Shown here: piece after piece, positions 1 to 8,719 of the stretch | Layout: each line of letters starts with the position of its first letter | How positions within the stretch are numbered: the stretch's first letter is position 1 | Assembly (NCBI GenBank): GCA_040081625.1 | Contig: JBEBGD010000137.1 | Location: 1-12,378, forward strand | Length of the DNA stretch: 12,378 nt | Source of the DNA: Chthoniobacteraceae bacterium | GTDB taxonomy: Bacteria; Verrucomicrobiota; Verrucomicrobiia; Chthoniobacterales; Chthoniobacteraceae | Direction of reading: 5' to 3' | Notes under the pieces: model-generated | What the model was told of the DNA's origin: nothing | The model's input: the letters and a program-made list of their open reading frames with translations, nothing else | Databases searched by the model: none | Position numbers and translations under genes: made by a program

Positions 1-1406
1 GCATCGTGATGCCGCCCGGCAAGGCCGGCGTGATCGCCAACCTCGCCGTGCTCCTTGCCGACCGAATCCCGGTGAACCTCAACTTCACCGCGGGCCGCGC
101 AGCCCTCGAGTCGAGCCTCGCAAAGTCGGGCGTGATCGACTGCCTCACGGCGGGACCGATGCAGAAGAAGCTCCCGGATTTCCCGTGGCCCGAGCGCATC
201 GTGCTGCTCGAGAAAGTCCTGCCAGCGCTCAAGACACAGATCATGCTCTGGCGCGTCCTGGTCGCGCTTCTGCCGTCATCGGTGATCGCGTGGTTGCTCG
301 ACGTTCCGAAGGTCGGCGACCGCGGCGAGGCGCTGCTGCTTTTCACGAGCGGCTCGAGCGGCGAACCGAAGGGCGTCGCGCTCACGCATCGCAATCTGCT
401 CGGCAACGTCGCGCAGTTTGCCGAGATGCTCTCGCTCCAGTCGCGCGATCCGATCCTCGGGTGCCTCCCGTTTTTCCACAGCTTCGGCGCGACGGTCACG
501 ATTCTCTTTCCGCTGATCGAGAGCATCCCGCTCGTCACGTATCCGAGTCCGCTTGAAGTAGGAAAGCTCGCCGGGCTCATCGAGCGCTATCGCGTCGCGC
601 TCTTTGTCACCACGCCGACCTTTCTGCGCAGCTTCCTGCGCAAGGCGCAGCCGGAACAACTCGCCAGTCTCAAACTGCTCGTGACTGGCGCGGAGAAGCT
701 GCCGCCTGATCTTGCCGAGGCGATCTTCGAGAAGTTCAAAATCAAGACGCTGCAGGGCTACGGCCTCACCGAGACGAGTCCTGTCGCCGGCGTGAATCTG
801 CCAGACCCGCAGCCGAGCCGTCCCGGCGACGCGGTGCAGGCGAGCAACCGCGAAGGCAGCGTCGGCAAACTAGCGCCCGGCGTCGCGGCGCGGATCACGT
901 GCCCCGACACCGGTGCGCGCCGGAGCCTGCACGAGACAGGGATGCTTTGGCTAAAAGGCGTGAACATCTTCGAAGGCTACCTCGGAGACCCGGAGCGCAC
1001 CGGCGCGGTGTTTGAGGACGGCTGGTTCAAGACCGGCGATCTCGCGCGCTTCGACGAAGACGGCTTCCTCTACATCGAGGGACGCCTGAGCCGGTTCTCG
1101 AAGATCGGCGGAGAGATGGTGCCGCACGAAACGGTCGAGCAACGCATCATCGAACTGCTCGAACTGCCGCGCGACGAGCGCACCATCGCGATTGCCGGCG
1201 TTCCGGACGAAGCGAAAGGCGAAGCGCTCGTGGTGCTGACCACTCGCGAACTCGACGCGCGCGAGCTGCGCGAAAAGCTCGCCGCGGCGGGCGTGCCGAA
1301 CCTTTGGATTCCAAAGATCATCAAGCGCATCGAAGCCATCCCGCACCTCGCGAGCGGCAAGCTCGACCTCGCGCGCTGCAAGGAACTCGCGCTCGAACAA
1401 TCCTAG
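1..1406 (+). CDS. aas: AMP-binding acyl-[ACP] synthetase domain, likely the 3' part of an Aas-type bifunctional acyltransferase/acyl-ACP synthetase (5' truncated by window edge)
   Basis: Adenylate-forming motifs: FTSGSSGEPKG (P-loop), GAEKL, QGYGLTE, WFKTGD, GRLSRFSKIGGEMV, SGKLD. PVNLNFT and LPFFHSFG are Aas-like. The frame is open from the window start; stop TAG at 1404-1406. Confidence 0.8.
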   Translation, partial: IVMPPGKAGVIANLAVLLADRIPVNLNFTAGRAALESSLAKSGVIDCLTAGPMQKKLPDFPWPERIVLLEKVLPALKTQIMLWRVLVALLPSSVIAWLLDVPKVGDRGEALLLFTSGSSGEPKGVALTHRNLLGNVAQFAEMLSLQSRDPILGCLPFFHSFGATVTILFPLIESIPLVTYPSPLEVGKLAGLIERYRVALFVTTPTFLRSFLRKAQPEQLASLKLLVTGAEKLPPDLAEAIFEKFKIKTLQGYGLTETSPVAGVNLPDPQPSRPGDAVQASNREGSVGKLAPGVAARITCPDTGARRSLHETGMLWLKGVNIFEGYLGDPERTGAVFEDGWFKTGDLARFDEDGFLYIEGRLSRFSKIGGEMVPHETVEQRIIELLELPRDERTIAIAGVPDEAKGEALVVLTTRELDARELREKLAAAGVPNLWIPKIIKRIEAIPHLASGKLDLARCKELALEQS

Positions 1407-2548
1407 CGCGGGCCGGATTGAAACGCCTCGTGCTCCTCGCGCGTGAGGAAGCCGTCGCGGTTCGCATCGAGCCGGCTGAAGAGCGGCGCGGGGCCGCTGA
1501 ACTCGTCTTTGCTCACCTTCCCGTCATTGTTCTTGTCGTCGCGCCCGGTGATCGCCGCCCACGGGATGCCGCGCCGCGGGCCGCCCGGCGCGTTCGCTCG
1601 CGGATCGCGCGCCATCGCCGCGGCGTCGGCGGTGCTCTCAGTCGCGAGCGCTTCGCTTTTTGCGTCGCCGAGTTTTAGGCGGGCGTCGAAAAACGTGCTC
1701 ACCATCTCGTCGATATTCTTCGCCGAGAAGCCCGGCCCGCCGTGCCCCGCACCGCGGATCGTGTGGAAGTGCGTGCTCACGCCCGCCGCTTTCAGCGCGT
1801 CGAAAAGGAGCTGGCTTTGGTTGATCGGCACGGTCGGATCCTTGTCGCCATGCACGATGAGGAAGGCGGGATCGTCCTTGCTCACGTAGTTGATCGAGTT
1901 GGCGCGCGCGGCCTTCTCCTTGTTCTCCATCACCGCGCCGCCGATGAGCTTCGCCTCCGGCGATGAAGCCGTCGCGTGGCTCTCGTAGCCGGGTGTGGTG
2001 ACGAAGACGCTGAAATCCGTCGGGCCGAAATAATCGCACACCGCCTGCACGCGGCTGGATTGATCGAGGTTTGCGCCGACCTCGAACTCCTTCACGTCGC
2101 CACTCGAGCCGATGAGCGCGACGAGGTGTCCGCCCGCCGAGCTGCCCCACACACCGAACTTCTCCGCATCGAGATTGTATTCCTTCGCGTGCGCGCGCAG
2201 CCAGCGGATCGCGGCTTTGCAGTCCTCGATCTGCGCGGGGAAAACGGCGTGGCTGCTCAGCCGGTAGCCGATGCTCGCGACGGCGTAGCCACGATCGAGA
2301 TAGCCGCCGCGCAATGGCGGGCACTGATCCTTGCTCCCCGCCTGCCAGCCACCGCCGTGAACCCAAATGACAAGCGGCAACGGTCCATCCGCCTTCTGCG
2401 GCACGTAGAGATCGAGCTTCTGCCGCTTGTGAGCGCCTTCGACGTAGGCGAGATCGCGATGCGCCTTCACGCCGTCCGGGAGGCGCGGCTGCTGCGCGAT
2501 GGCTGCGGTTGTGAACGTGGCGAGGATGAGCGCGAGTCGGGCTTTCAT
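1403..2548 (-). CDS. Secreted alpha/beta hydrolase (BD-FAE/carboxylesterase-like) with a C-terminal EF-hand pair
   Basis: Signal peptide MKARLALILATFTTAAIA. Motifs LDLYVP, VHGGGW (oxyanion), GSSAGG (nucleophile), HGDKDPTVP (acid), GAGHG (His). C-terminal DKNNDGKVSKDEF and DANRDGFLTREEH fit the EF-hand loop pattern. Confidence 0.9.
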   Translation of the reverse strand: MKARLALILATFTTAAIAQQPRLPDGVKAHRDLAYVEGAHKRQKLDLYVPQKADGPLPLVIWVHGGGWQAGSKDQCPPLRGGYLDRGYAVASIGYRLSSHAVFPAQIEDCKAAIRWLRAHAKEYNLDAEKFGVWGSSAGGHLVALIGSSGDVKEFEVGANLDQSSRVQAVCDYFGPTDFSVFVTTPGYESHATASSPEAKLIGGAVMENKEKAARANSINYVSKDDPAFLIVHGDKDPTVPINQSQLLFDALKAAGVSTHFHTIRGAGHGGPGFSAKNIDEMVSTFFDARLKLGDAKSEALATESTADAAAMARDPRANAPGGPRRGIPWAAITGRDDKNNDGKVSKDEFSGPAPLFSRLDANRDGFLTREEHEAFQSGPR

Positions 2549-2598
2549 GCGGCGCGGTTTAGCGCCGGTGGCGGGGAAAAGTTGCGCGTCATTCGAGT

Positions 2599-3036
2599 TC
2601 AGCGCTGTGGCACGCGGGAGAGCAGTTTCTTGAGAAACGAATCCTCCTGCCCCGGCAGCCGCGGCGGCGGGGGCGCGATCCGCGGCAGCTCGATCGCGCG
2701 CCCGCCGGGCGCGATGACGATCTCGACGTGATCGATCTCCTCGTCAGGATCGACATGCACTTCCACGGCCCAGGTCAGCGTGATGAGCTGGCCCGAGAAG
2801 CTGTGCGGCTCGGCGGGCGCGGTGAATCGAAACGCGTGTTCACCCGACGGCATCGGATTCGCGACGGTCGCTGTGGCGACGACCTCGGAATCCACGTTGC
2901 CCTTGCCGCTGGTGCTCCAGACGAGGGTGATCTCGACATGGCCGGGCGCCTCCGGGCGCTGCCAGCGCGCGGTGCCGGCGATCGTATCGCCGGGGCTGAA
3001 GGTGGTGCGGTTTTCAGCGAGGACGAGTTGGAGCAT
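2599..3036 (-). CDS. Hypothetical beta-sandwich protein (arrestin-N/SpoOM-like), likely co-transcribed with the upstream DUF3592 gene
   Basis: 145-aa ORF starting 3 nt after the upstream stop. Alternating beta-strand pattern, FSPGDTIAG near the N-terminus, and PHSFSGQLITLTWAVEV, which resembles arrestin-like PxSFxG..I.W motifs. Confidence 0.7.
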   Translation of the reverse strand: MLQLVLAENRTTFSPGDTIAGTARWQRPEAPGHVEITLVWSTSGKGNVDSEVVATATVANPMPSGEHAFRFTAPAEPHSFSGQLITLTWAVEVHVDPDEEIDHVEIVIAPGGRAIELPRIAPPPPRLPGQEDSFLKKLLSRVPQR

Positions 3037-3039
3037 TGG

Positions 3040-4755
3040 TCAGCGGGGATTCGGGAGCACGGTGAAGTCGAAGTCTTCGCTCACGTCGGGATAGCGCGGG
3101 ATTTCGCCGCGGACCTGGAGCTGCCAGATGATCTTGTTGTCGCCGCCATCCCACGAATGCATGACGTTGTCCGGCACGACGAACTGCGCCTGGCCTTCGC
3201 GGATTCGACCCGGATCGTCGGTCTCCACGATCGCGAGTTGCGCAAAGACCTTCCGGTCGGTGGCCGCGTTCTTGCCACTCCGGTAGCGGGCCTCCTCGCG
3301 ACCCTCGAGGACGATGCGCAAGCTGCGGATGCGCGCCACGGCGCCTCGAAAGTTCCAGCGAAAATCGATCGTCCCGCCGAGCGGCGCGGACTGCGAGCTG
3401 ACCACCAGCGCGATGCGCGGGTTGAAGAGGTTCAGGAACATCGCCACGGAGACTCCGACTAGCGCGAGCCCGACGAGCAAAAACGGAATCATGATCAGCG
3501 AGAGGAAAATCTCCGGCGTGCCGCTCGACCACGACTTCACCGCGCTGACGACGAAGACGCTCGTGATGCCATTCCAAAAGAGCGCGACGATGACCGCGCC
3601 GATGAACTTCGCTTTCGGCGACGCGCTCGGTTCGAGCACGGCTGGTCCGGTCGCGATGCCCCCGGGGACGACGGACTGCGCGAGCGGCACGGACTGCTGC
3701 CCCGGCAGTGTCGGCACCCCCGGAATCGTGACGGTGCCGCTGGACTTGAGCATCGTGCGGACGGTGGCGAAGAGCCCGATCACGCCGATGAGCAGGAACA
3801 CCGCGGGCAGCAGCCCGATGAACATAACCCCGCTCAGTTCGCGATTGAGCAGCGCGTCGGTGGGATCGTTCGGGTTGACGAAGCACACGGCCTTCGTGCC
3901 CGGACGGTGGCGGGCGACGACCGCCGCCTTTCCGGCGCGTCCACTCGATGAACCGCCCATGATCCCGTAGCGATCCGAGCGATACTCGCGCCGGCCGACC
4001 ACGTAGCTATAGACGATATCGACGCTGTATGTGGTGCTGGTCTTGCCGTTGCTCGTGCTGCGATGGCTGCCGACGCTGCTGCTCACGATGGTGCATGGCG
4101 TTTCCGGCCACGATCGCGCGTCGAAGTAGAGCTTCATCGTGCGCAGCGTGAGGAAGTAAAAGAGAACTCCGCCGACGATCGCGAAGATGCCGAAGAAAAA
4201 GATCGGCCCAAACTTCTCCACCGCACCGCCGCCCTTCCGGCGCGTGGTGATGACTCCAGCAAGGCCTTTCTCCCGCCATACGCTGACGATGCCGAAAGCA
4301 CCGATGGCGACGAAGATCAGCGGAAAGAGCAGCACGAGCCCGATCCAAAGCGAGCCGCGCTGAAGCACCGCCTCACCGGGCTTCTTCAGGTTCACGTGGC
4401 AGAGCGTGTTGCCCCCGGCCGGGTAACGCGAGATGAGGCGCTCGATCTTCGACGAGTCGAGCGACTCCTTCATCCCCATCGTGTATCGGCTCGACGTGTA
4501 GCTGCGGCCTTCCACCATGTAGCGATAGCGGACGATAAAATCGTCGTCCGCGCCCGCCTCGAGCCGGCGCGCCTCGAGGATGGTGCACGGCGTTTCCTCC
4601 CAAAAATAGGTCCGCGCCGTCTCGACCAGCGACCTGGCGATCACCGCAAAGATCAGCACGCCGAACAGCGCGAACATGCCGAAGAAGACCGTGCCGCAGC
4701 CTTTCTGGGCGATCGTCTTCGGGGTGGAAGCTGCGGACGTGCGAGTGCGGCGCAT
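3040..4755 (-). CDS. Multi-pass membrane protein with two DUF3592-like modules and a C-terminal arrestin-like beta domain
   Basis: 571 aa with about six hydrophobic segments. Two copies of W-x-ETPCTI...Y-x-Y-x-V-x-x-R-x-Y-x-S-x-RY...C-x-VN-x-x-x-P-x-x-A-x-L-x-R, the DUF3592 pattern. Confidence 0.8.
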   Translation of the reverse strand: MRRTRTSAASTPKTIAQKGCGTVFFGMFALFGVLIFAVIARSLVETARTYFWEETPCTILEARRLEAGADDDFIVRYRYMVEGRSYTSSRYTMGMKESLDSSKIERLISRYPAGGNTLCHVNLKKPGEAVLQRGSLWIGLVLLFPLIFVAIGAFGIVSVWREKGLAGVITTRRKGGGAVEKFGPIFFFGIFAIVGGVLFYFLTLRTMKLYFDARSWPETPCTIVSSSVGSHRSTSNGKTSTTYSVDIVYSYVVGRREYRSDRYGIMGGSSSGRAGKAAVVARHRPGTKAVCFVNPNDPTDALLNRELSGVMFIGLLPAVFLLIGVIGLFATVRTMLKSSGTVTIPGVPTLPGQQSVPLAQSVVPGGIATGPAVLEPSASPKAKFIGAVIVALFWNGITSVFVVSAVKSWSSGTPEIFLSLIMIPFLLVGLALVGVSVAMFLNLFNPRIALVVSSQSAPLGGTIDFRWNFRGAVARIRSLRIVLEGREEARYRSGKNAATDRKVFAQLAIVETDDPGRIREGQAQFVVPDNVMHSWDGGDNKIIWQLQVRGEIPRYPDVSEDFDFTVLPNPR

Positions 4756-4884
4756 GCAGAACCTTTAAGCGGGCGCGACTGGGCGCGGCGAGACGGAATT
4801 GCACCGGGCGCGCCCCATGCCGTGCGACAGCCCACCCCTTTTCTCTCGGCTGCCGACGGCGTCCTGCCTTATCATCGCCGCCCA

Positions 4885-5241
4885 ATGAAAGCCCATCCAG
4901 CAATCCTCCCGGCCATCGCGCTCGGCTTCCTCACCGCCGCTCCCGATGCACACAGCGCCGACGACCCCGCGCTGCGGCGATTTCTCCTCAGCACGAAAGG
5001 CACATATGGCTGGAGCCCGGTGCAGGGCACGATCAGCTACGACTTCTTCCCCGACGGTCGCCTCCACATCGAGGGCCCCGATGGCGAGGCGACGATGTGG
5101 CAGGGCAAGTGGAAGCTCACCGGCGACAAACTAACGATCACGAACAGCGACCGGAAGACGACCACGACCGTCACCGTGAAGATCGACGGCGCGGACCTGT
5201 TGCTCGATGGCAAACGCTACAAGCGCTACCGCCCGCAGTAG
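4885..5241 (+). CDS. Small secreted hypothetical protein (beta-rich, possibly lipocalin-like barrel)
   Basis: ATG at 4885 lies within the 4063-5241 ORF and gives 118 aa. Signal-like MKAHPAILPAIALGFLTAAPDAHS, then YDFFPDGRL...QGKWKLTGDKLTIT. Codon usage is host-like from this ATG, and TATCAT lies 9 nt upstream. Confidence 0.7.
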   Translation: MKAHPAILPAIALGFLTAAPDAHSADDPALRRFLLSTKGTYGWSPVQGTISYDFFPDGRLHIEGPDGEATMWQGKWKLTGDKLTITNSDRKTTTTVTVKIDGADLLLDGKRYKRYRPQ

Positions 5242-5302
5242 GCAGCGGTGCGCAGCCTGCGCGAGGATCGGCAGTCAATCGCCCCCGGTTGGAGCTGGGC
5301 CC

Positions 5303-5986
5303 TTACTTCAGCGGACGGATCTTGATATTCCGGAAGGCGATCTCATTGCCGTGATCCTGCAGGCAGATGTGGCCGAGCGGCGTCTTCGCGAAGCCGGGGA
5401 ACTTCGAGAACTTGCTCTTCGCGTAACGCTCATTCCAATCCGCCGAGCCGATCTCGTATTCGCAATACTTCACCCCGTTCATCCAGTGCTCGCACTTGTT
5501 GCCGTTGATGAGGATGCGCATCTGGTTCCACTCGCCGGCCGGCTTGGTCGCGTCCTTCTCGGACTGGTAGAACTGGTAGAGCCAGCCGGCCTTTTGCGGG
5601 TCGTGGCCTTTCGCGTTGTCCTGGATCTGCACCTCCGGTCCGGTGTGCCACGGCGCGCCGTCGGTCTCCTGCACGCGATACATCAGCCCGCTGTTGCCAC
5701 CTTCGCTGATCTTCCAGTCGAGCGAGATCTCGAAGCTGTCGAACTTCTCCTTGGTGATGATGTCTCCCGCGCCTTTGCGCTTCCACACGATCGCGCCGTC
5801 CTCGGCTGCCCATCCGTCGGAGATTTTGTCCTTCTTGTAGTTGCGGAAATGGGCGCCCGGATCCTTGCCGTCGAAGAGTAGTTTCCAGCCGGCTGCGCGC
5901 TCGGCATCGGTGAGGGTGTTCGGTTCCGCCGCGATGGCGGGCGAAGCGGCGACGAGTGCGACGAGTGCGAGGGAGCGGAGGTTCAT
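5303..5986 (-). CDS. DUF1080 (3-keto-disaccharide hydrolase family) secreted protein
   Basis: Start reassigned to ATG 5986 (MNLRSLALVALVAASPAIA signal peptide). Motifs NTLTDAERAAGWKLLFDGKD, GGNSGLMYR, GPEVQIQD, KPAGEWN, GHICLQDHG..IAFRNIKIRPL. Confidence 0.9.
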   Translation of the reverse strand: MNLRSLALVALVAASPAIAAEPNTLTDAERAAGWKLLFDGKDPGAHFRNYKKDKISDGWAAEDGAIVWKRKGAGDIITKEKFDSFEISLDWKISEGGNSGLMYRVQETDGAPWHTGPEVQIQDNAKGHDPQKAGWLYQFYQSEKDATKPAGEWNQMRILINGNKCEHWMNGVKYCEYEIGSADWNERYAKSKFSKFPGFAKTPLGHICLQDHGNEIAFRNIKIRPLK

Positions 5987-6095
5987 GCGCTGCCAGTAGC
6001 CGCGCCGGCGGCCAGTGCGCAAGCACAGAGCGCGAACGATCCCCGACGGAGCTGACGCGGAGGTTATGCGTGCGACTCAGCCCCGGATGCCGGCC

Positions 6096-7013
6096 TCACA
6101 CATCGCACACGCGCACTCCGTGGCGGAGAGCGGCGAGTTTGTCGTCCCACGTCGGGATGAACTCGTGCGCGACATAGCCCTGGTAGTCGAGCTCGAGCAG
6201 CGTCCGCATGATCGGCGGGTAGTTGACCTCCTGCGTGTCGTCGAGTTCCGCGCGACCGGGCACGCCGGCGGTGTGGATGTGCGCGATCACATCGCGGTGC
6301 TGCTTGAGGCGGCGGATGACATCGCCATCCATGATCTGCACGTGGTAGATGTCGAAGAGCAGCTTCATCCGCGGCGAGCCCACTCGCTTGATGAGCTCCA
6401 CGCAGAAATCGACGTGATCGCCGAAGTAACCCGGATGGCCTTTCATCGGGTGCGTGTCGTCGCGCGAGTTGAGATGTTCCAGGCACAGGTTGACGCCCTT
6501 TTCCTCGGCGTATCCGACGACCTCCTTCCAGCAATCCACACAGTTTTTCGCCATCTGCTCGTCGGTCAGATCCTTCTCGCGCATGCCGGTGAAGGTGATG
6601 ACGCCCGGTGCGCCGAACTCGACAGCTACGTCGATGCACTCACGCAGCTTCGCGATGCACACCTCATGGTTGGCGCGACTGGATGGGCCGGTCTTGAACC
6701 CGTGGCTGCTCACCAGCGATGGCTTCATCCCGAGTTCGCGCAGGCGCGGGTAGAATTTTTTGTCGATGCCCTCCATCGCCGTCATCCCCATCGCGTGACA
6801 GCCGGCGATCAGTTCCTCCGTCGGCATCGGATTCAAGCACCAGCCCATCACCGAGTGCCGGATGCGACCGTTCTTGATGCGGTAGTCCGGCGGCGGGACA
6901 TCGGCGCGCGTCGGCACAGCCCGGGCGGGACCGGCAGGGAGCGCGAGCGATCCGGCGGATAACGCGGCCCCCGCGATAAAGTCACGTCGGGAAATGCGGG
7001 AGAGGGATTTCAT
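6096..7013 (-). CDS. Hydroxypyruvate-isomerase-like sugar phosphate isomerase/epimerase TIM barrel with Tat signal
   Basis: SRRDFIAG twin-arginine leader. Motifs LCLEHLNS, LLFDIYHVQIMDGDVI, HIHTAGVPGRAELD..QEVNY, YQGYVAHEFIP match the Hyi/AP-endonuclease-2 family. Confidence 0.85.
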   Translation of the reverse strand: MKSLSRISRRDFIAGAALSAGSLALPAGPARAVPTRADVPPPDYRIKNGRIRHSVMGWCLNPMPTEELIAGCHAMGMTAMEGIDKKFYPRLRELGMKPSLVSSHGFKTGPSSRANHEVCIAKLRECIDVAVEFGAPGVITFTGMREKDLTDEQMAKNCVDCWKEVVGYAEEKGVNLCLEHLNSRDDTHPMKGHPGYFGDHVDFCVELIKRVGSPRMKLLFDIYHVQIMDGDVIRRLKQHRDVIAHIHTAGVPGRAELDDTQEVNYPPIMRTLLELDYQGYVAHEFIPTWDDKLAALRHGVRVCDV

Positions 7014-7020
7014 GATGGGA

Positions 7021-7026
7021 ACTCTA
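7021..7026 (-). promoter_or_regulatory. Putative -10 element for leaderless transcription of the Hyi-like gene
   Basis: TAGAGT (TAnnnT) lies 7 nt upstream of ATG 7013, with no Shine-Dalgarno sequence. Confidence 0.4.
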
Positions 7027-7114
7027 CAAGCTCGCCAACGAGTGCCACAACCTTCATTCCAGCAGTCCCCAAGAATCCCACCCCTCGCCGAATCGTTCGC
7101 TTGGCAAACTCTCC

Positions 7115-8719
7115 ATGAAACACACCACCATCCCCATCACCCTCCTGCTCGCATCGTTCACGGCGCTCCACGCCGCCGATCCCGCGCCCCCAAAAGGTTT
7201 CCGCGCCATCTTCAATGGCAGGGACCTCACCGGCTGGCACGGCCTGAATCCACACACCGGCGCGAAGCTCGAGGGCGAAAAGCGCGACGCGAATCTCAAG
7301 CAACAGCGCGAGGAGTTCCCGCAGCACTGGCGCGTGGAAAATGGCGAACTGGTGAACGTCGGCACCGGGCCTTATGCGACGAGCGACGAGCAGTTCGGCG
7401 ACATCGAACTGCTCATCGAATACAAGACCGTCGCGAAGGCCGACAGCGGCATCTACCTTCGCGGCAATCCGCAGGTGCAGATCTGGGACAAGTCGCAGGT
7501 CTTCGATCCGAAGAAGCCCGATCGCAAACCGCACCTCGGCTCCGGCGGACTCTTTAATAACACGCCGAACACGCTGGGCCGCGATCCGCTCGTCGTCGCG
7601 GACAAGCCATTCGGCGAGTGGAATGCGTTTCGCATCCGCCAGATCGGCGCGCGCACCTGGGTGTGGCTGAACGGCAAACTCGTCGTCGATGGCGCGGAGT
7701 ATGAGAACTTCTGGGAAAAGGGAAAACCCTTCCCGGCGAAAGGGCCGATCATGCTCCAGACGCATGGCGGCGAGATTCGCTGGCGCAATATCTTCGTGCG
7801 CGAGATCGACGCCGCCGAGGCGAAGAAGACGCTCGCCGCGAGTCCCAGCCTGCCGAGACCGACGCTCGTCGATGTGCCTTACGGCCCGCACGCGAAGCAA
7901 CGGATTCACTTTTGGAAAGCCGAGTCGGACAAACCCACGCCGCTGCTCTTCTTCATCCACGGCGGCGGCTGGCAGGGCGGCAATCGCTTCAGTGGCCTCG
8001 CGGCGCTGCTCCCGGCGATGCTCAAGGAAGGCATCTCGGTCGCGTCGATCGAGTATCGCTTCATCGCCGAGGCGACGGCGGATGGCGTGGTGCCGCCGGT
8101 GAAAGGTCCGCTGCACGATGCAGCGCGCGCGCTTCAGTTCGTCCGCAGCAAAGCCGCCGAGTGGAACATCGACAAGGCGCGCATCGGCGCGAGCGGCGGC
8201 AGCGCGGGCGCGTGTTCGTCGCTGTGGCTCGCCTTTCATCCCGACATGGCCGACGCAAAAAGCAGCGACCCCATCGCACGTGAATCCACCCGACTGTGGT
8301 GCGCGGCGGTGAGCGGCGCGCAGACGACGCTCGACCCGAAGCAGATGAAGGAGTGGACGCCAAACAGCCGCTACGGCGGTCACGCGTTCGGCTTCGCCGG
8401 CGACCCCGCGAAGAAGCTCTCGCAGTTCGACGACTTCCTCGCCGGGCGCGAAAAGATCCTCGCATGGATCGCGGAGTATTCGCCCTACGCGCTCGTCACC
8501 AGCGACGACCCGCCGATCTACATGACCTACAACACGCCGCCCGCGCTCGGGCAGGACCAGACGGACCCGACGCACACCTCAAACTTCGGCGTGAAACTCC
8601 AGGAGCATTGCAAAACAGCCGGCGTCGCCTGCGAACTCTTCTACCCCGCTGCGCCCGACGTGAAGCACGCGACCGTGCAGGACTTTCTCATCGCGAAACT
8701 CAAAGCCGCCAAACCATGA
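7115..8719 (+). CDS. Secreted fusion protein: N-terminal DUF1080 domain plus C-terminal alpha/beta hydrolase
   Basis: Signal peptide, then [58 protein letters not shown] (DUF1080). Then [28 protein letters not shown] (hydrolase). Confidence 0.88.
   Translation: MKHTTIPITLLLASFTALHAADPAPPKGFRAIFNGRDLTGWHGLNPHTGAKLEGEKRDANLKQQREEFPQHWRVENGELVNVGTGPYATSDEQFGDIELLIEYKTVAKADSGIYLRGNPQVQIWDKSQVFDPKKPDRKPHLGSGGLFNNTPNTLGRDPLVVADKPFGEWNAFRIRQIGARTWVWLNGKLVVDGAEYENFWEKGKPFPAKGPIMLQTHGGEIRWRNIFVREIDAAEAKKTLAASPSLPRPTLVDVPYGPHAKQRIHFWKAESDKPTPLLFFIHGGGWQGGNRFSGLAALLPAMLKEGISVASIEYRFIAEATADGVVPPVKGPLHDAARALQFVRSKAAEWNIDKARIGASGGSAGACSSLWLAFHPDMADAKSSDPIARESTRLWCAAVSGAQTTLDPKQMKEWTPNSRYGGHAFGFAGDPAKKLSQFDDFLAGREKILAWIAEYSPYALVTSDDPPIYMTYNTPPALGQDQTDPTHTSNFGVKLQEHCKTAGVACELFYPAAPDVKHATVQDFLIAKLKAAKP

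Noticed and set aside
4063..4884. N-terminal 274 codons of the 392-aa plus-strand ORF
   Set aside because: Antisense shadow of the DUF3592 gene; the plausible gene begins at ATG 4885.
5242..5302. Terminator between the convergent genes at 5241 and 5303
   Set aside because: Only a 5-bp GCGCA/TGCGC stem with no U-tract; not supportable.
7010..8575. Long antisense and alternate-frame ORFs (7010-8575, 6015-6962, 8641-9492, 9684-10520, 3014-3886 and others)
   Set aside because: Expected shadow ORFs in high-GC coding DNA; they have no motifs and overlap well-supported genes.
8296..8715. N-terminal extension of the 427-aa ORF
   Set aside because: Arg-rich out-of-frame overlap with the 7115-8719 gene; the signal peptide and ATGA coupling place the start at 8716.
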